DNA from: Macrostomum lignano | Taxonomy: Eukaryota | Direction: 5' to 3' | DNA: 22,859 nucleotides | Assembly (NCBI GenBank): GCA_002269645.1 | Contig: NIVC01003100.1 | Coordinates: 96,566-119,424, forward strand | In this document: positions 1 through 10,260 of the stretch, piece after piece | How the letters are laid out: every line of letters begins with the position of its first letter | Numbering within the stretch: position 1 is the stretch's first letter | The notes under the pieces: generated by a model | What the model was told of the DNA's origin: nothing | The model's database searches: none | What the model saw: the letters and a program-made list of their open reading frames with translations, nothing else | Program-made: the position numbers and the translations under genes

Positions 1-256
1 TACGTTTTGGGGACCGGGTTAGGTGGACCGCAAAAAAACAGTTGGTTTAGTTAGACCTCTTTCTTTGTAGAAAATTTATGAGTTTCAAACTGTTATTTTG
101 GGCTAATTAAACAGAAATTCTCAGAAACAGAAGATAAAAAAGGTTTACGATTCCATTTTATTAAAAAAACCCTGGTTCAAACGAATTTATTTAGCTTTAC
201 TAAAACTATGGGTTAAACTGCATTAGTTACGAAGAAAAACAACGCACACTCAGGGA

Positions 257-664
257 TACAAGAAGTTGAAGCATTTTTAAAACGGCAACAGTTATTAAAA
301 TGGAAATTGTATCAAACAGATATAAGAAATTGAAGCATTTTGAAAAATAAATACCGAATCATTTCGCTTGCCTTAACGCAAAAGATTTAAAACCTAATTA
401 AACTAACTGCAAAGTCATTGAAACTAATTTAAGTCCGGAAGTACATTCTTAAACTACACGTTTAACAAACTTAGGATTGCATTAGTTAAAAAAGTCATAG
501 GGAGTACAAGAAGTTGAAGCATTTTTAAAAGGGCAACAGTTATTAAAATGGAAATTGTATAAAACAGATACAAGAAATTGAAGCATTTTTAAAACGGCGA
601 CAGTTATTAAAATGGAAATTGTATCAAACAGATACAAGAAATTGAAGCATTTTTAAAACGGCGA
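257..664. repeat. 64-bp repeat, two blocks (257-~345, 505-664)
   Basis: Unit TACAAGAA(A/G)TTGAAGCATTTTTAAAACGGC(A/G)ACAGTTATTAAAATGGAAATTGTATCAAACAGA starts at 257, 321, 505, 569, 633. Confidence 0.9.
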
Positions 665-902
665 CTCGCATTCCCCCCCCCCTACACGTTTTTTGCACCC
701 CAGCTTAAAAATTGGCGCCCCTCATACTCAGTTTGGCGTCCCAAACTTGGACCGCCCCCAAAAGCCATCGCTATGCTATCGATAGTGAACAGGTATTTCT
801 TGTCAGCTAAACTAATAGATGCTTTTTAATCTTAGTGTTAGCAATCATAAAGCGTTTAGTCACAAAATGCCGCGTTTTTTCATTTCATTGAAAAACTTCG
901 TT

Positions 903-908
903 TTTATT
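903..908 (-). terminator. Possible polyadenylation signal of the YR gene
   Basis: AATAAA on the minus strand ~150 nt after the YR stop codon; the region is AT-rich so it may be chance. Confidence 0.3.
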
Positions 909-1056
909 TTATGGATCGATCGTGACTGGAGTGCAGGTTCGCGTGCTTTTAGCTCTCCAAGGGCTGCAAAACCAGGTACTTTGCCGTCTTCGATCTTTTC
1001 TATCGCGCGGTTAATTGCCTCATTTTCGTCTTTGTTCCACGCAATGTGCTCCTGAA

Positions 1057-3802
1057 TTAGTTTTTTCTTGACTTCTGAAATGGATTGAAGTAACTGAAAT
1101 CAACTTTGGTTTTTTTCTTCCCCCCAGTTCCCATTTTGTCCTTACCTTCCGAACTAGGAGCGCTTTTGTCCTTCTGTGGGTCCTCTTGTCCGGGTCCTGG
1201 CTCGCTTTTGTCCTTCTGTGGGTCCTCTTGTCCGGGTCCTGGCTCGCTTTTGTCCTTCTGTGGGTCCTCTTGTCCGGGTCCTGGCTCGCTTTTGTCCTTC
1301 TGTGGGTCCTCTTGTCCATGTCCTGGCTCGCTTTTGTTATTAGTCGTTGTTGCTGTCGCACCCTTTGGCTTAGTCGTCCTTCGAATCCGCCTTTCGTTTG
1401 CTCTAGCTTTCTGCACTTTTCTGGTTTTTTTCGTCGGTTGGTAGTCTGAATCGTCTTTGTCTACTTCGCTTTCATATTCATCTGAGTCGAGCACAGCTAA
1501 TCGATTCTTCTTTTTTTCGACTTGCTTGATGGACAGGGGGGCTCCGCGAAAGTCGACAGAACCTTCGTGATAAATTGACTCGTCCTCAAATTCCTTAGCT
1601 TGGATACGAGCTCCATTATTCTCAGGAGGTGCTTGACTCTTTTGGTCACCACGTTTTAATTCTCGAGCCTGTGAGCCTATTGAGGCTTCCACATCACCGG
1701 ATTCGTTCAAATCATCTTTTTTTGCATCTGACTTATCGTCAATGTCATAGTCAATTTCGATGTCGTTAACATCAATCTCTTCGATAGTTTTGCCTTTAAG
1801 CTGGTCGAATCTACCGGCCTCGATAGCCAGAAGTAGCTTGCCTACTTTAGCAAGCTCAATAGTGTTTTCATGCAATCGATAGAAATTATGGTGAACATTA
1901 AGGCTATGTCCAAGATGGTTGGAGAGCCATCCGAGCTCATTTTCTCTCATTTCAAGGATCTGAGAGACAGTGGCAATGTATTTTCGAAGGTTGGTCGAAG
2001 ATAGACGAGCAGGGAACTGGAGCCCTTGACAACTGGAGACAACATTTGTGCGCGCAACGAATGGGGATATATATCCCAAACTTCCACTACTGCAGAATAC
2101 GTAAGGACTTGAAGCGTGGTGTCTTGTGCGAATGAGCTCATCGATAATTTCAGCAATCTCATTCGAAACTAGCAGAGGAACCGGTCGCTGTGCTCTCTTA
2201 CCTCGAACATTAACGATAGTCAACCGGTAAAGCATTTGCTTTTCTAATTCACTTAGCGCAGATAATGTTGTATCATCAACATCTTTGCATGATCTTGCTT
2301 TCTGCCACGCCGAAACTCGCAGCTTGAAGGGCTCAGACGCCCGGCGCTTGTTGAAAATAGACAAACGAATCGCAACATATTCGGCCACCTCTTTCCAGTA
2401 AGAAGGGCTGCTTTTTAGCTTTTCCGTGTCGATGTGGCTTAAATATTCGTTAATGTGCTTCGTGATTAACTGAATGTCGCTAGTTAACGGCAATGTCTGA
2501 CCCTTGTCAATTTTTCTTTCTTTCAAGGACAAAAGTGCAATCGAAGATATTTTACGGCTCCATGATGTTTCATACAGAGTGATGAAGTTGCGTCGCTCCT
2601 GAGCTACTTCGGGCATTTCGCATTTCAGGGCACGTACTAACGACAGTTCAGCAGCCAGCTTCAGAGAAAACCCGCACTTAAGTGCCATCGAAGGAATAGA
2701 AAAAGAATCGCAAATCTGAGCATCTTCTTGGGCCGTAAATTTCGCTACATTTCGAGTCGCCTCAACAACTAAATCAAATGATGATGGCTTCAGCAAATCG
2801 TCAAGACAAGCGCTGGGATCGCCCATAATTTCACGAGCTGACATAAGTAATCTCGACATTTCACGCATTTTCGCAGTTACAATTTTCTTTCCTGTCTTTC
2901 CGGATGTAAAACCTTCATAGGCGTAGTAGCCAAGTTCCATTATAAGCTTGTCTGATTGAGCTACTTTGCTACATGAGTCTACCTTCATTTTATTAATAAG
3001 TTCAATAAATTTGGACGGATATTTCGCCGGAAAGCATGATGCAAGGAGAAGGCAGCGTCCTGCACTGACAGCTTCTGTGCGCCTGTTCAAATCGCTGACA
3101 TTTACGACAAAGCGGCAGCGCTGAACATGCCTGCTTAACTCAGTTTTACGAAAAAATCCAAAACAGTGAATGCACGGCAAATACGAAACTTCATTATCTT
3201 TCATGTCCGAAGAACTTCTTTCGCGACACACAATGATTCCTCCCTCCTTCTCCTGGGTCATAACTTTTATGTTATGTTCGTAATCTCCTCGAAAGCGCAA
3301 GCGATCAAATTCCTGGTCATATTCTGAAAAAAATATGAACAGATAATTATTTTCAGACAAACTAAATACTACTATGAGGACCTACATAAAAAACTTATTT
3401 CAAAAACTTACTATCAGACTTAGGATTAAATGCGAGGGCGCGCTGTACACACATTTCCTTCGAGTGTGCCCGAATAAGATGCCTTCTGATCTTCGAAAAC
3501 ATTTCTCCGCAAAAGAGGCAGCAATGCCTCTTCTTCTCATGCTTAAGTTTCGCTTGGGACGGAACTAAATCATCAGACCAGACTTCCTCCAAATAATAAT
3601 CTTCATCACCATCTTCTTCCTCGAGTTCAGCGTCCTCAGGTAGTATACTCGTATTTGCAATGTCCCTTAAAGCTGAGTGCAACCTTCCACCAAGAATATC
3701 GTCTACTACCGTAAGATTTTTGTCCACAAACGAATCATCATCTACTAAATCAAAAGCAACGTCTATCCTTGCTTTGGTAGCATCGCCGTCTCTATCGCAA
3801 AC
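1057..3802 (-). CDS. Tyrosine recombinase (Crypton-type metazoan family) with N-terminal Zn-binding motifs; exons 3802-3412 and 3323-1057 (885 codons), first exon not adjacent
   Basis: YR catalytic-type motifs IFNKRRASE (R), RGKR (K), STNLRKY (xxxR), NHLGHS (H), NFYR (Y). Cys/His motifs CLFC..RHLIRAH and CIHC..RHVQRC. The 88-nt intron 3411-3324 (GTAAGT..TTTTTCAG) joins the two ORF-track ORFs in frame. Acceptor TTTATTTTTCAG|GTT at 3802. Confidence 0.85.
1161..1335 (-). repeat. 42-bp coding tandem repeat (~4 copies, DKSEPGPGQEDPQK) in the YR C-terminal tail
   Basis: Directly visible; period 42. Confidence 0.95.
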
Positions 3803-3879
3803 CTGAAAAATAAACAGCAAGTTACATAGCTTAGATATACTCATTAGCTCATTTTTCCTGAAAAGTCAATAAGTCAATT

Positions 3880-4055
3880 CTCTGAAGCACTACAACGCGA
3901 TAATCTAAGTCAAAACGTTTAGACACCCTTCATTTAGACAGTGCAGACGTTCTGATCTCATGGTGGACCAGCTCGCTTTCTAAGAATCTGTTCTGATTGC
4001 ATTCCAAGAAACGGAAACATTCCCGCACTAAACTTTCAAGACAGCTCTGAGAGCC
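3880..4055. other. Module B' (diverged B copy directly upstream of YR)
   Basis: 3941-4055 essentially identical to the B modules; 3880-3940 diverged (TTCTCTGAAGCAC versus TTCTCTACAGCAC). Confidence 0.85.
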
Positions 4056-4304
4056 AAAGCCCCAAACAGACTGAGAGAGCTGCTTTAGTTGTGTCTGTAG
4101 GTTAGGTGGACCACCTTCCAAGAGTCAAAGCCCCAAACAGACTGAGAGAGCTGCTTCAGTTGTGTCTGTAGGTTAGGTGGACCACCTTTTAAGAGTCAAA
4201 GCCCCAAACAGACTGAGAGAGCTGCTTCAGTTGTGTCTGTTCTGTAGGTTAGGTGGACCAGCTTCTCTACAGCAATTGAGTTGCAGCTAGCTACTTTGAG
4301 ATCA

Positions 4305-4544
4305 TCAAGCGAAACTCACTTTTCTGGACTCGGTGTCGACGGATTTGCCAGTAGACCGACGATTTTCACCAGGCGATGCGGCCTTCTTCGAGGCTGGAGT
4401 AGCGCCTGCATCCGCGGTAGCGTTGTGCGACTGAGCGCCTTCATCAAGGCGTGATGCAGAGCGCGAACGGCTTCGCGATTTCCGCCCTCTTTTTGAGGCA
4501 CCAGTGCGTTCGATTTGGCGGGAACGAAATTCGACCTCAGGCTC
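4305..4544 (-). CDS. Cassette A1 (alpha type): ATG-less terminal exon, 79 codons, basic RS-rich peptide ending RKVSFA
   Basis: Acceptor TTTTTATTCTCTAACTTCCTAG|GAG; open frame EPEVEFRSRQIERTGASKRGRKSRSRSRSASRLDEGAQ...SPGENRRSTGKSVDTESRKVSFA*. Same frame as the DBF4 C-terminus. Not in the ORF track because it lacks a start codon. Confidence 0.6.
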   Translation of the reverse strand, partial: EPEVEFRSRQIERTGASKRGRKSRSRSRSASRLDEGAQSHNATADAGATPASKKAASPGENRRSTGKSVDTESRKVSFA

Positions 4545-4961
4545 CTAGGAAGTTAGAGAATAAAAAGACAAGTCAAAGTCGGAAGCTTAAATTCAAAACC
4601 GCTGCCGTGTATCCGTGTGACCCTCAAACAGACTGAGAGAGCTGCTTCAGTTGTGTCTGTAGGTTAGGTGGACCACCTTATAAAAGTCAAAGCCCCAAAC
4701 AGACTGAGAGAGCTGCTTCAGTTGTGTCTGTAGGTTAGGTGGACCACCTTCCAAGAGTCAAAGCCCCAAACAGACTGAGAGAGCTGCTTCAGTTGTGTCT
4801 GTAGGTTAGGTGGACCACCTTTTAAGAGTCAAAGCCCCAAACAGACTGAGAGAGCTGCTTCAGTTGATGTCTGTAGGTTAGGTGGACCACCTTTTAAGAG
4901 TCAAAGCCCCAAACAGACTGAGAGAGCTGCTTCAGTTGTGTCTGTAGGTTAGGTGGACCAC

Positions 4962-5140
4962 CTTCTCTACAGCACTACTAGGCGATAATCTGAGTCGGAA
5001 TGCCTTGAGACCATTCATTTACACAGTGCAGACGTTCTGATCTCATGGTGGACCAGCTCGCTTTCTAAGAATCTGTTCTGATTGCATTCCAAGAAACGGA
5101 AACATTCCCGCACTAAACTTTCAAGACAGCTCTGAGAGCC
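4962..5140. other. Module B1 (non-coding or micro-exon module)
   Basis: Begins CTTCTCTACAGCAC; near-identical to 8288-8468, 11602-11782 and 12845-13024. Confidence 0.85.
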
Positions 5141-5815
5141 AAAGCCCCAAACAGACTGAGAGAGCTGCTTCAGTTGTGTCTGTAGGTTAGGTGGACCACC
5201 TTATAAAAGTCAAAGCCCCAAACAGACTGAGAGAGCTGCTTCAGTTGTGTCTGTAGGTTAGGTGGACCACCTTTTAAGAGTCAAAGCCCCAAACAGACTG
5301 AGAGAGCTGCTTCAGTTGTGTCTGTAGGTTAGGTGGACCACCTTATAAAAGTCAAAGCCCCAAACAGACTGAGAGAGCTGCTTCAGTTGTGTCTGTAGGT
5401 TAGGTGGACCACCTTATAAAAGTCAAAGCCCCAAACAGACTGAGAGAGCTGCTTCAGTTGTGTCTGTAGGTTAGGTGGACCACCTTATAAAAGTCAAAGC
5501 CCCAAACAGACTGAGAGAGCTGCTTCAGTTGTGTCTGTAGGTTAGGTGGACCACCTTATAAAAGTCAAAGCCCCAAACAGACTGAGAAAGCTGCTTCAGT
5601 TGTGTCTGTAGGTTAGGTTGACCACCTTTTAAGAGTTAAAGCCCCAAACAGACTGAGAGAGCTGCTTCAGTTGTGTCTGTAGGTTAGGTGGACCACCTTC
5701 CAAGAGTCAAAGCCCCAAACAGACTGAGAGAGCTGCTTCAGTTGCGTCTGTTCTGTAGGTTAGGTGGACCAGCTTCTCTACAGCAATTGAGTTGCAGCTA
5801 GCTACTTTGAGATCA

Positions 5816-6055
5816 TCAAGCGAAACTCACTTTTCTGGACTCGGTGTCGACGTATTTGCGAGTAGACCGACGATTTTCACCAGGCGATGCGGCCTTCTTC
5901 GAGGCTGGAGTAGCGCCTGCATCCGCGGTAGCGTTGTGCGACTGAGCGCCTTCATCAAGGCGTGATGCAGAGCGCGAACGGCTTCGCGATTTCCGCCCTC
6001 TTTTTGAGGCACCAGTGCGTTCGATTTGGCGGGAACGAAATTCGACCTCAGGCTC
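5816..6055 (-). CDS. Cassette A2 (alpha type) terminal exon
   Basis: Near-identical to A1; acceptor and frame intact. Confidence 0.6.
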   Translation of the reverse strand, partial: EPEVEFRSRQIERTGASKRGRKSRSRSRSASRLDEGAQSHNATADAGATPASKKAASPGENRRSTRKYVDTESRKVSFA

Positions 6056-6386
6056 CTAGGAAATTAGAGAATAAAAAGACAAGTCAAAGTCGGAAGCTTA
6101 AATTCAAAACCGCTGCCGTGTATCCGTGTGACCCTCAAACAGACTGAGAGAGCTGCTTCAGTTGTGTCTGTAGGTTAGGTGGACCACCTTTTAAGAGTCA
6201 AAGCCCCAAACAGACTGAGAAAGCTGCTTCAGTTGTTTCTGTAGGTTAGGTGGACCACCTTATAAAAGTCAAAGCCCCAAACAGACTGAGAGAGCTGCTT
6301 CAGTTGTGTCTGTAGTTTAGGTGGACCACCTTTTAAGAACTTCTCTACAGCAATTGAGTTGCATGCAGCTAGCTATTTTGAGATCA

Positions 6387-7430
6387 TTAAACGAAACTCA
6401 CTTTTTTGGACTCGGTGTCGACGTATTTGCGAGCAGACTGACGATTTTCGCCAAGCGATGCGGCTTGGCGTCTATCACCGTCATTTTGCTGAAATATGTT
6501 AGGTAGTGCTTTCGAATCCGGTTTTTTCGTGTCATGATGTGTCATAGGAGCGGTAGCCTTTTGAGTCGCTTCATTTAGGGCGCTGTCTAGCGTCGGAAGA
6601 GTTGAAATGATTTGGTCGATTTCAGTAAAATTTTTTTTATTCGAAACGAAATCTTGGTGCTTTTGGCTTAATGTTATGTGCTGATTAAAGTCGTCGTAGG
6701 CTTCGCGACAGTTTTCACACCGACCTTTCCGTTTTTCTTTGCCGTCAGGCTTTTGACGATTTTTTTCATCGTTATTATTAGCCCTTGGGTTTGCAAAAAT
6801 GTCGACGACATCAATGTTATCTTTGAAGATTGGTCTCAGCAAATGCTGGGCATCCGTAACAACAACGGCCGGTGGGGTCAAATTCCGATCTTCTTCGGCA
6901 AACCTCCCTGAAGAAATAGTTTTCTGGCACAGCTCGTGTTGAGAAACTTGATCGCGAATTCGATCTCGAAATATTGCCGGAGTGTAGACAGGTATTTGCA
7001 GCAAGCGAGCTTTCGTCAAAATATCTTCGAATGTTTTGACAATTCTGCATTGCGAACTCGAAGTTTGCGTAACGGCTCTCTGCTGCATGGTGAAACCCCT
7101 AGAAAACTCCGAAAAAGATTGTTTAGCTTCAATGGAGACAGCGGAATCGTCAGCGATGATTAAATCAACCTGGAAAAGCAAAAAATACGAGCCCATAGCT
7201 ACAAAAAATCTATCAACGTCTCTAATCTGCCCTATTAACAAGCAACAAACAAAAACAACGAATGCATTGCAAAAACTACACACCTCATTTGAAAAAAACG
7301 AAGCAACGCTTCCGCCATAATAGACGACGGCAGATTCCAGCTTCTTTTGTCGCTTTTGACTTTCGCCGTACAGAAAAAAAACTCGCTTCCCTCGAAGAGA
7401 ATCCAATGTAAACTGCTCGACCAAACAGCC
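6387..7430 (-). CDS. DBF4: Compact DBF4-like protein (Cdc7 kinase regulatory subunit); exons 7430-7284 and 7169-6387, 309 codons, no own ATG
   Basis: N/BRCT-like motif LRGKRVFFLY..LESAVVYYGGSVASFFSNE|VDLII, restored by removing a 114-nt GT..CAG intron. M motif LTPPAVVVTDAQHLLRPIFK. C-motif zinc finger KGRCENCREAYDDFNQHITLSQKHQDF..IDQII. Acceptor TTTTATTTTAGTTTCTACAG|GGC. Recognised from memory of DBF4 motifs. Confidence 0.85.
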   Translation of the reverse strand, partial: GCLVEQFTLDSLRGKRVFFLYGESQKRQKKLESAVVYYGGSVASFFSNEVCSFCNAFVVFVCCLLIGQIRDVDRFFVAMGSYFLLFQVDLIIADDSAVSIEAKQSFSEFSRGFTMQQRAVTQTSSSQCRIVKTFEDILTKARLLQIPVYTPAIFRDRIRDQVSQHELCQKTISSGRFAEEDRNLTPPAVVVTDAQHLLRPIFKDNIDVVDIFANPRANNNDEKNRQKPDGKEKRKGRCENCREAYDDFNQHITLSQKHQDFVSNKKNFTEIDQIISTLPTLDSALNEATQKATAPMTHHDTKKPDSKALPNIFQQNDGDRRQAASLGENRQSARKYVDTESKKVSFV

Positions 7431-7924
7431 CTGTAGAAACTAAAATAAAAAAAATTTCTCACATATTACTCCATTACGGAAACGCCTAAACAGTACATAA
7501 GTTTTGACTGTAGGTTAGGTGGACCACCTTCTAAGAGTCAAAGCCCCAAACAGACTGAGAGAGCTGCTTCAGTTGTGTCTGTAGGTTAGGTGGACACCTT
7601 ATAAGAGTCAAAGCCCCAAACAGACTGAGAGAGCTGCTTCAGTTGTGTCTGCAGGTTAGGTGGACCACCTTATAAAAGTCAAAGCCCCAAACAGACTGAG
7701 AGAGCTGCTTCAGTTGTATCTGTAGGTTAGGTGGACCACCTTCCAAGAGTCAAAGCCCCAAACAGACTGAGAAAGCTGCTTCAGATGTGTCTGTAGGTTA
7801 GGTGGACCACCTTCCAAGATTCAAAGCCCCAAACAGACTGAGAGAGCTGCTTCAGTTGTGTCTGTAGGTTAGGTGGACCAGCTTCTCTACAGCAATTGAG
7901 TTGCAGCTAGCTACTTTGAGATCA

Positions 7925-8155
7925 TCAAGCGAAACTCACTTTTCTGGACTCGGTGTCGACGGATTTGCCAGTAGACCGACGATTTTCACCAGGCGATGCG
8001 GCCTTCTTCGAGGCTGGAGTAGCGCCTGCATCCGCGGTAGCGTTGTGCGACTGAGCGCCTTCATCAAGGCGTGATGCAGACGCAGAGCGCGATTTCAACT
8101 TTTTCGAAGCCTCAGACTGGTCGAGCTCAGGAGAACGAAATTCGACCTCGGGCTC
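7925..8155 (-). CDS. Cassette A3 (beta type) terminal exon, 76 codons
   Basis: Different middle segment (EPEVEFRSPELDQSEASKKLKSRSASASR) but the same acceptor, frame and tail. Confidence 0.6.
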   Translation of the reverse strand, partial: EPEVEFRSPELDQSEASKKLKSRSASASRLDEGAQSHNATADAGATPASKKAASPGENRRSTGKSVDTESRKVSFA

Positions 8156-8287
8156 CTAGGAAGTTAGAGAATAAAAAGACAAGTCAACGTCGGAAGCTTA
8201 AATTCAAAACCGCTGCAGTGTATCCGTGTGACCCTCAAACAGACTGAGAGAGCTGCTTCAGTTGTGTCTGTAGGTTAGGTGGACCAC

Positions 8288-8468
8288 CTTCTCTACAGCA
8301 CTACTAGGCGATAATCTGAGTCGGAATGCCTAGAGACCATTCATTTACACAGTGCAGACATTCTGATCTCATGATGGACCAGCTCGCTTTCTAAGAATCT
8401 GTTCTGATTGCATTCCAAGAAACGGAAACATTCCCGCACTAAACTTTCAAGACAGCTCTGACAGCCAA
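8288..8468. other. Module B2
   Basis: Copy of B1. Confidence 0.85.
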
Positions 8469-8578
8469 GGCCCCAAACAGACTGAGAGAGCTGCTTCAGT
8501 TGTGTCTGTAGGTTAGGTGGACCACCTTTTAAGAGCTTCTCTACAGCAATTGAGTTGCAGCTAGCTACTTTGAGATCA

Positions 8579-8809
8579 TCAAGCGAAACTCACTTTTCTG
8601 GACTCGGTGTCGACGTATTTGCGAGTAGACCGACGATTTTCACCAGGCGATGCGGCCTTCTTCGAGGCTGGAGTAGCGCCTGCATCCGCGGTAGCGTTGT
8701 GCAACTGAGAGCCTTCATCAAGGCGTGATGCAGACGCAGAGCGCGATTTCAACTTTTTCGAAGCCTCAGACTGGTCGAGCTCAGGAGAACGAAATTCGAC
8801 CTCGGGCTC
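8579..8809 (-). CDS. Cassette A4 (beta type) terminal exon
   Basis: Frame and acceptor intact. Confidence 0.6.
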   Translation of the reverse strand, partial: EPEVEFRSPELDQSEASKKLKSRSASASRLDEGSQLHNATADAGATPASKKAASPGENRRSTRKYVDTESRKVSFA

Positions 8810-9420
8810 CTAGGAAGTTAGAGAATAAAAAGACAAGTCAACGTCGGAAGCTTAAATTCAAAACCGCTGCCGTGTATCCGTGTGACCCTCAAACAGACTG
8901 AGAGAGCTGCTTCAGTTGTGTCTGTAGGTTAGGTGGACCACCTTCCAAGAGTCAAAGCCCCAAACAGACTGAGAGAGCTGCTTCAGTTGTGTCTGTAGGT
9001 TAGGTGGACCACCTTCCAAGAGTCAAAGCCCCAAACAGACTGAGAGAGCTGCTTTAGTTGTGTCTGTAGGTTAGGTGGACCACCTTTTAAGAGTCAAAGC
9101 CCCAAACAGACTGAGAGAGCTGCTTCAGTTGTGTCTGTAGGTTAGGTGGACCACCGTATAAAAGTCAAAGCCCCAAACAGACTGAGAAAGCTGCTTCAGT
9201 TGTGTCTGTAGGTTAGGTGGACCACCTTCCAAGAGTCAAAGCCCCAAACAGACTGAGAAAGCTGCTTCAGTTGTGTCTGTAGGTTAGGTGGACCACCTTA
9301 TAAGAGTCAAAGCCCCAAACAGACTGAGAGAGCTGCTTCAGTTGTGTCTGTAGGTTAGGTGGACCACCTTTTAAGAGCTTCTCTACAGCAATTGAGTTGC
9401 AGCTAGCTACTTTGAGATCA

Positions 9421-9651
9421 TCAAGCGAAACTCACTTTTCTGGACTCGGTGTCGACGTATTTGCGAGTAGACCGACGATTTTCACCAGGCGATGCGGCCT
9501 TCTTCGAGGCTGGAGTAGCGCCTGCATCCGCGGTAGCGTTGTGCAACTGAGAGCCTTCATCAAGGCGTGATGCAGACGCAGAGCGCGATTTCGACTTTTT
9601 CGAAGCGTCAGACTGGTCGAGCTCAGGAGAATGAAATTCGAACTCAGGCTC
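9421..9651 (-). CDS. Cassette A5 (beta type) terminal exon
   Basis: Frame and acceptor intact despite several substitutions. Confidence 0.6.
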   Translation of the reverse strand, partial: EPEFEFHSPELDQSDASKKSKSRSASASRLDEGSQLHNATADAGATPASKKAASPGENRRSTRKYVDTESRKVSFA

Positions 9652-9922
9652 CTAGGATGTTAGAGAATAAAAAGACAAGTCAACGTCGGAAGCTTAAATT
9701 CAAAACCGCTGCCGTGTATCCGTGTGACTAGGGATGTCGATTCCCCGGGGAATATTCTTATCGGGGACCCGGGGAATTTACTGTCATTCCCGGGGACCCC
9801 GGGGAAAATTAAAAATAAGTTAAAAACGGCGAATAACTTTGGCTTAGATCTTAAATGGCATTTTAAACTTTGATTTTAGCTTTAGACTACATGTTCAAGG
9901 CGCAAGGGTAAAAACTAAACAA

Positions 9923-10260
9923 TCTCTACCTATAAAAATGAAAACTCTGTCTGCGTGTGTGTCTGTGTACAAATTACTTTGCTATGGACTCCCAAGTCCC
10001 AAACCGCTCAACCAAATTACGATAACTTTTGCACCCGCCCTAAATTTACTACGGAGAATGTCTTAGGCTACCTTAAAATTTCCTAAACTCAAGTCTTCCT
10101 ACCTAAAAGTGCAAAAACTGCTCAAAATGCGCGATTTTTTACTAAATCCTCCATAGCGCCGCTCCACTTCTACCGATCCTTTCAACCGTGTAAAATTTCA
10201 AGTCTCAAAGTTAATCCTGAAAGGCGCTGTGCACTTTTAAAATTAACTGTTTTTTCAGCG
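9923..10260 (+). mobile_element. Possible non-autonomous Helitron-like fragment nested in the hAT; right end not defined
   Basis: A|TCTCTACCTATAAAAATGAAAAC followed by a (TG/TCTG) tract and CCGCTCAACCAAATTACGATAACTTTTGCAC resembles animal Helitron 5' ends from memory. No 3' hairpin/CTRR end found. Confidence 0.35.

Noticed and set aside
1020-1449. Overlapping ORFs at the YR 3' end
   Set aside because: Alternative frames of the 42-bp repeat.
3930-4121. 62-63-aa ORFs MEGGPPNLQTQ... spanning R and B
   Set aside because: They start at non-ATG codons or chance positions inside the repeat, have no recognisable domain, and recur only because the modules recur.
4316-4636. 61-aa ORF-track ORFs in cassette A (MPQKEGG..., MMQSANG...)
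   Set aside because: These frames are broken in the beta copies; only the frame shared with the DBF4 tail is open in all six copies.
3930-5140. SL RNA, tRNA or snRNA gene inside modules B or R
   Set aside because: No AUG|GUAAG leader boundary, Sm site, cloverleaf or A/B boxes could be recognised.
1057-7530. Bona fide bacterial integron or bacterial contamination
   Set aside because: YR and DBF4 have spliceosomal introns, the YR is not IntI-like, cassettes run toward rather than away from the recombinase, and RYYYAAC is not matched exactly.
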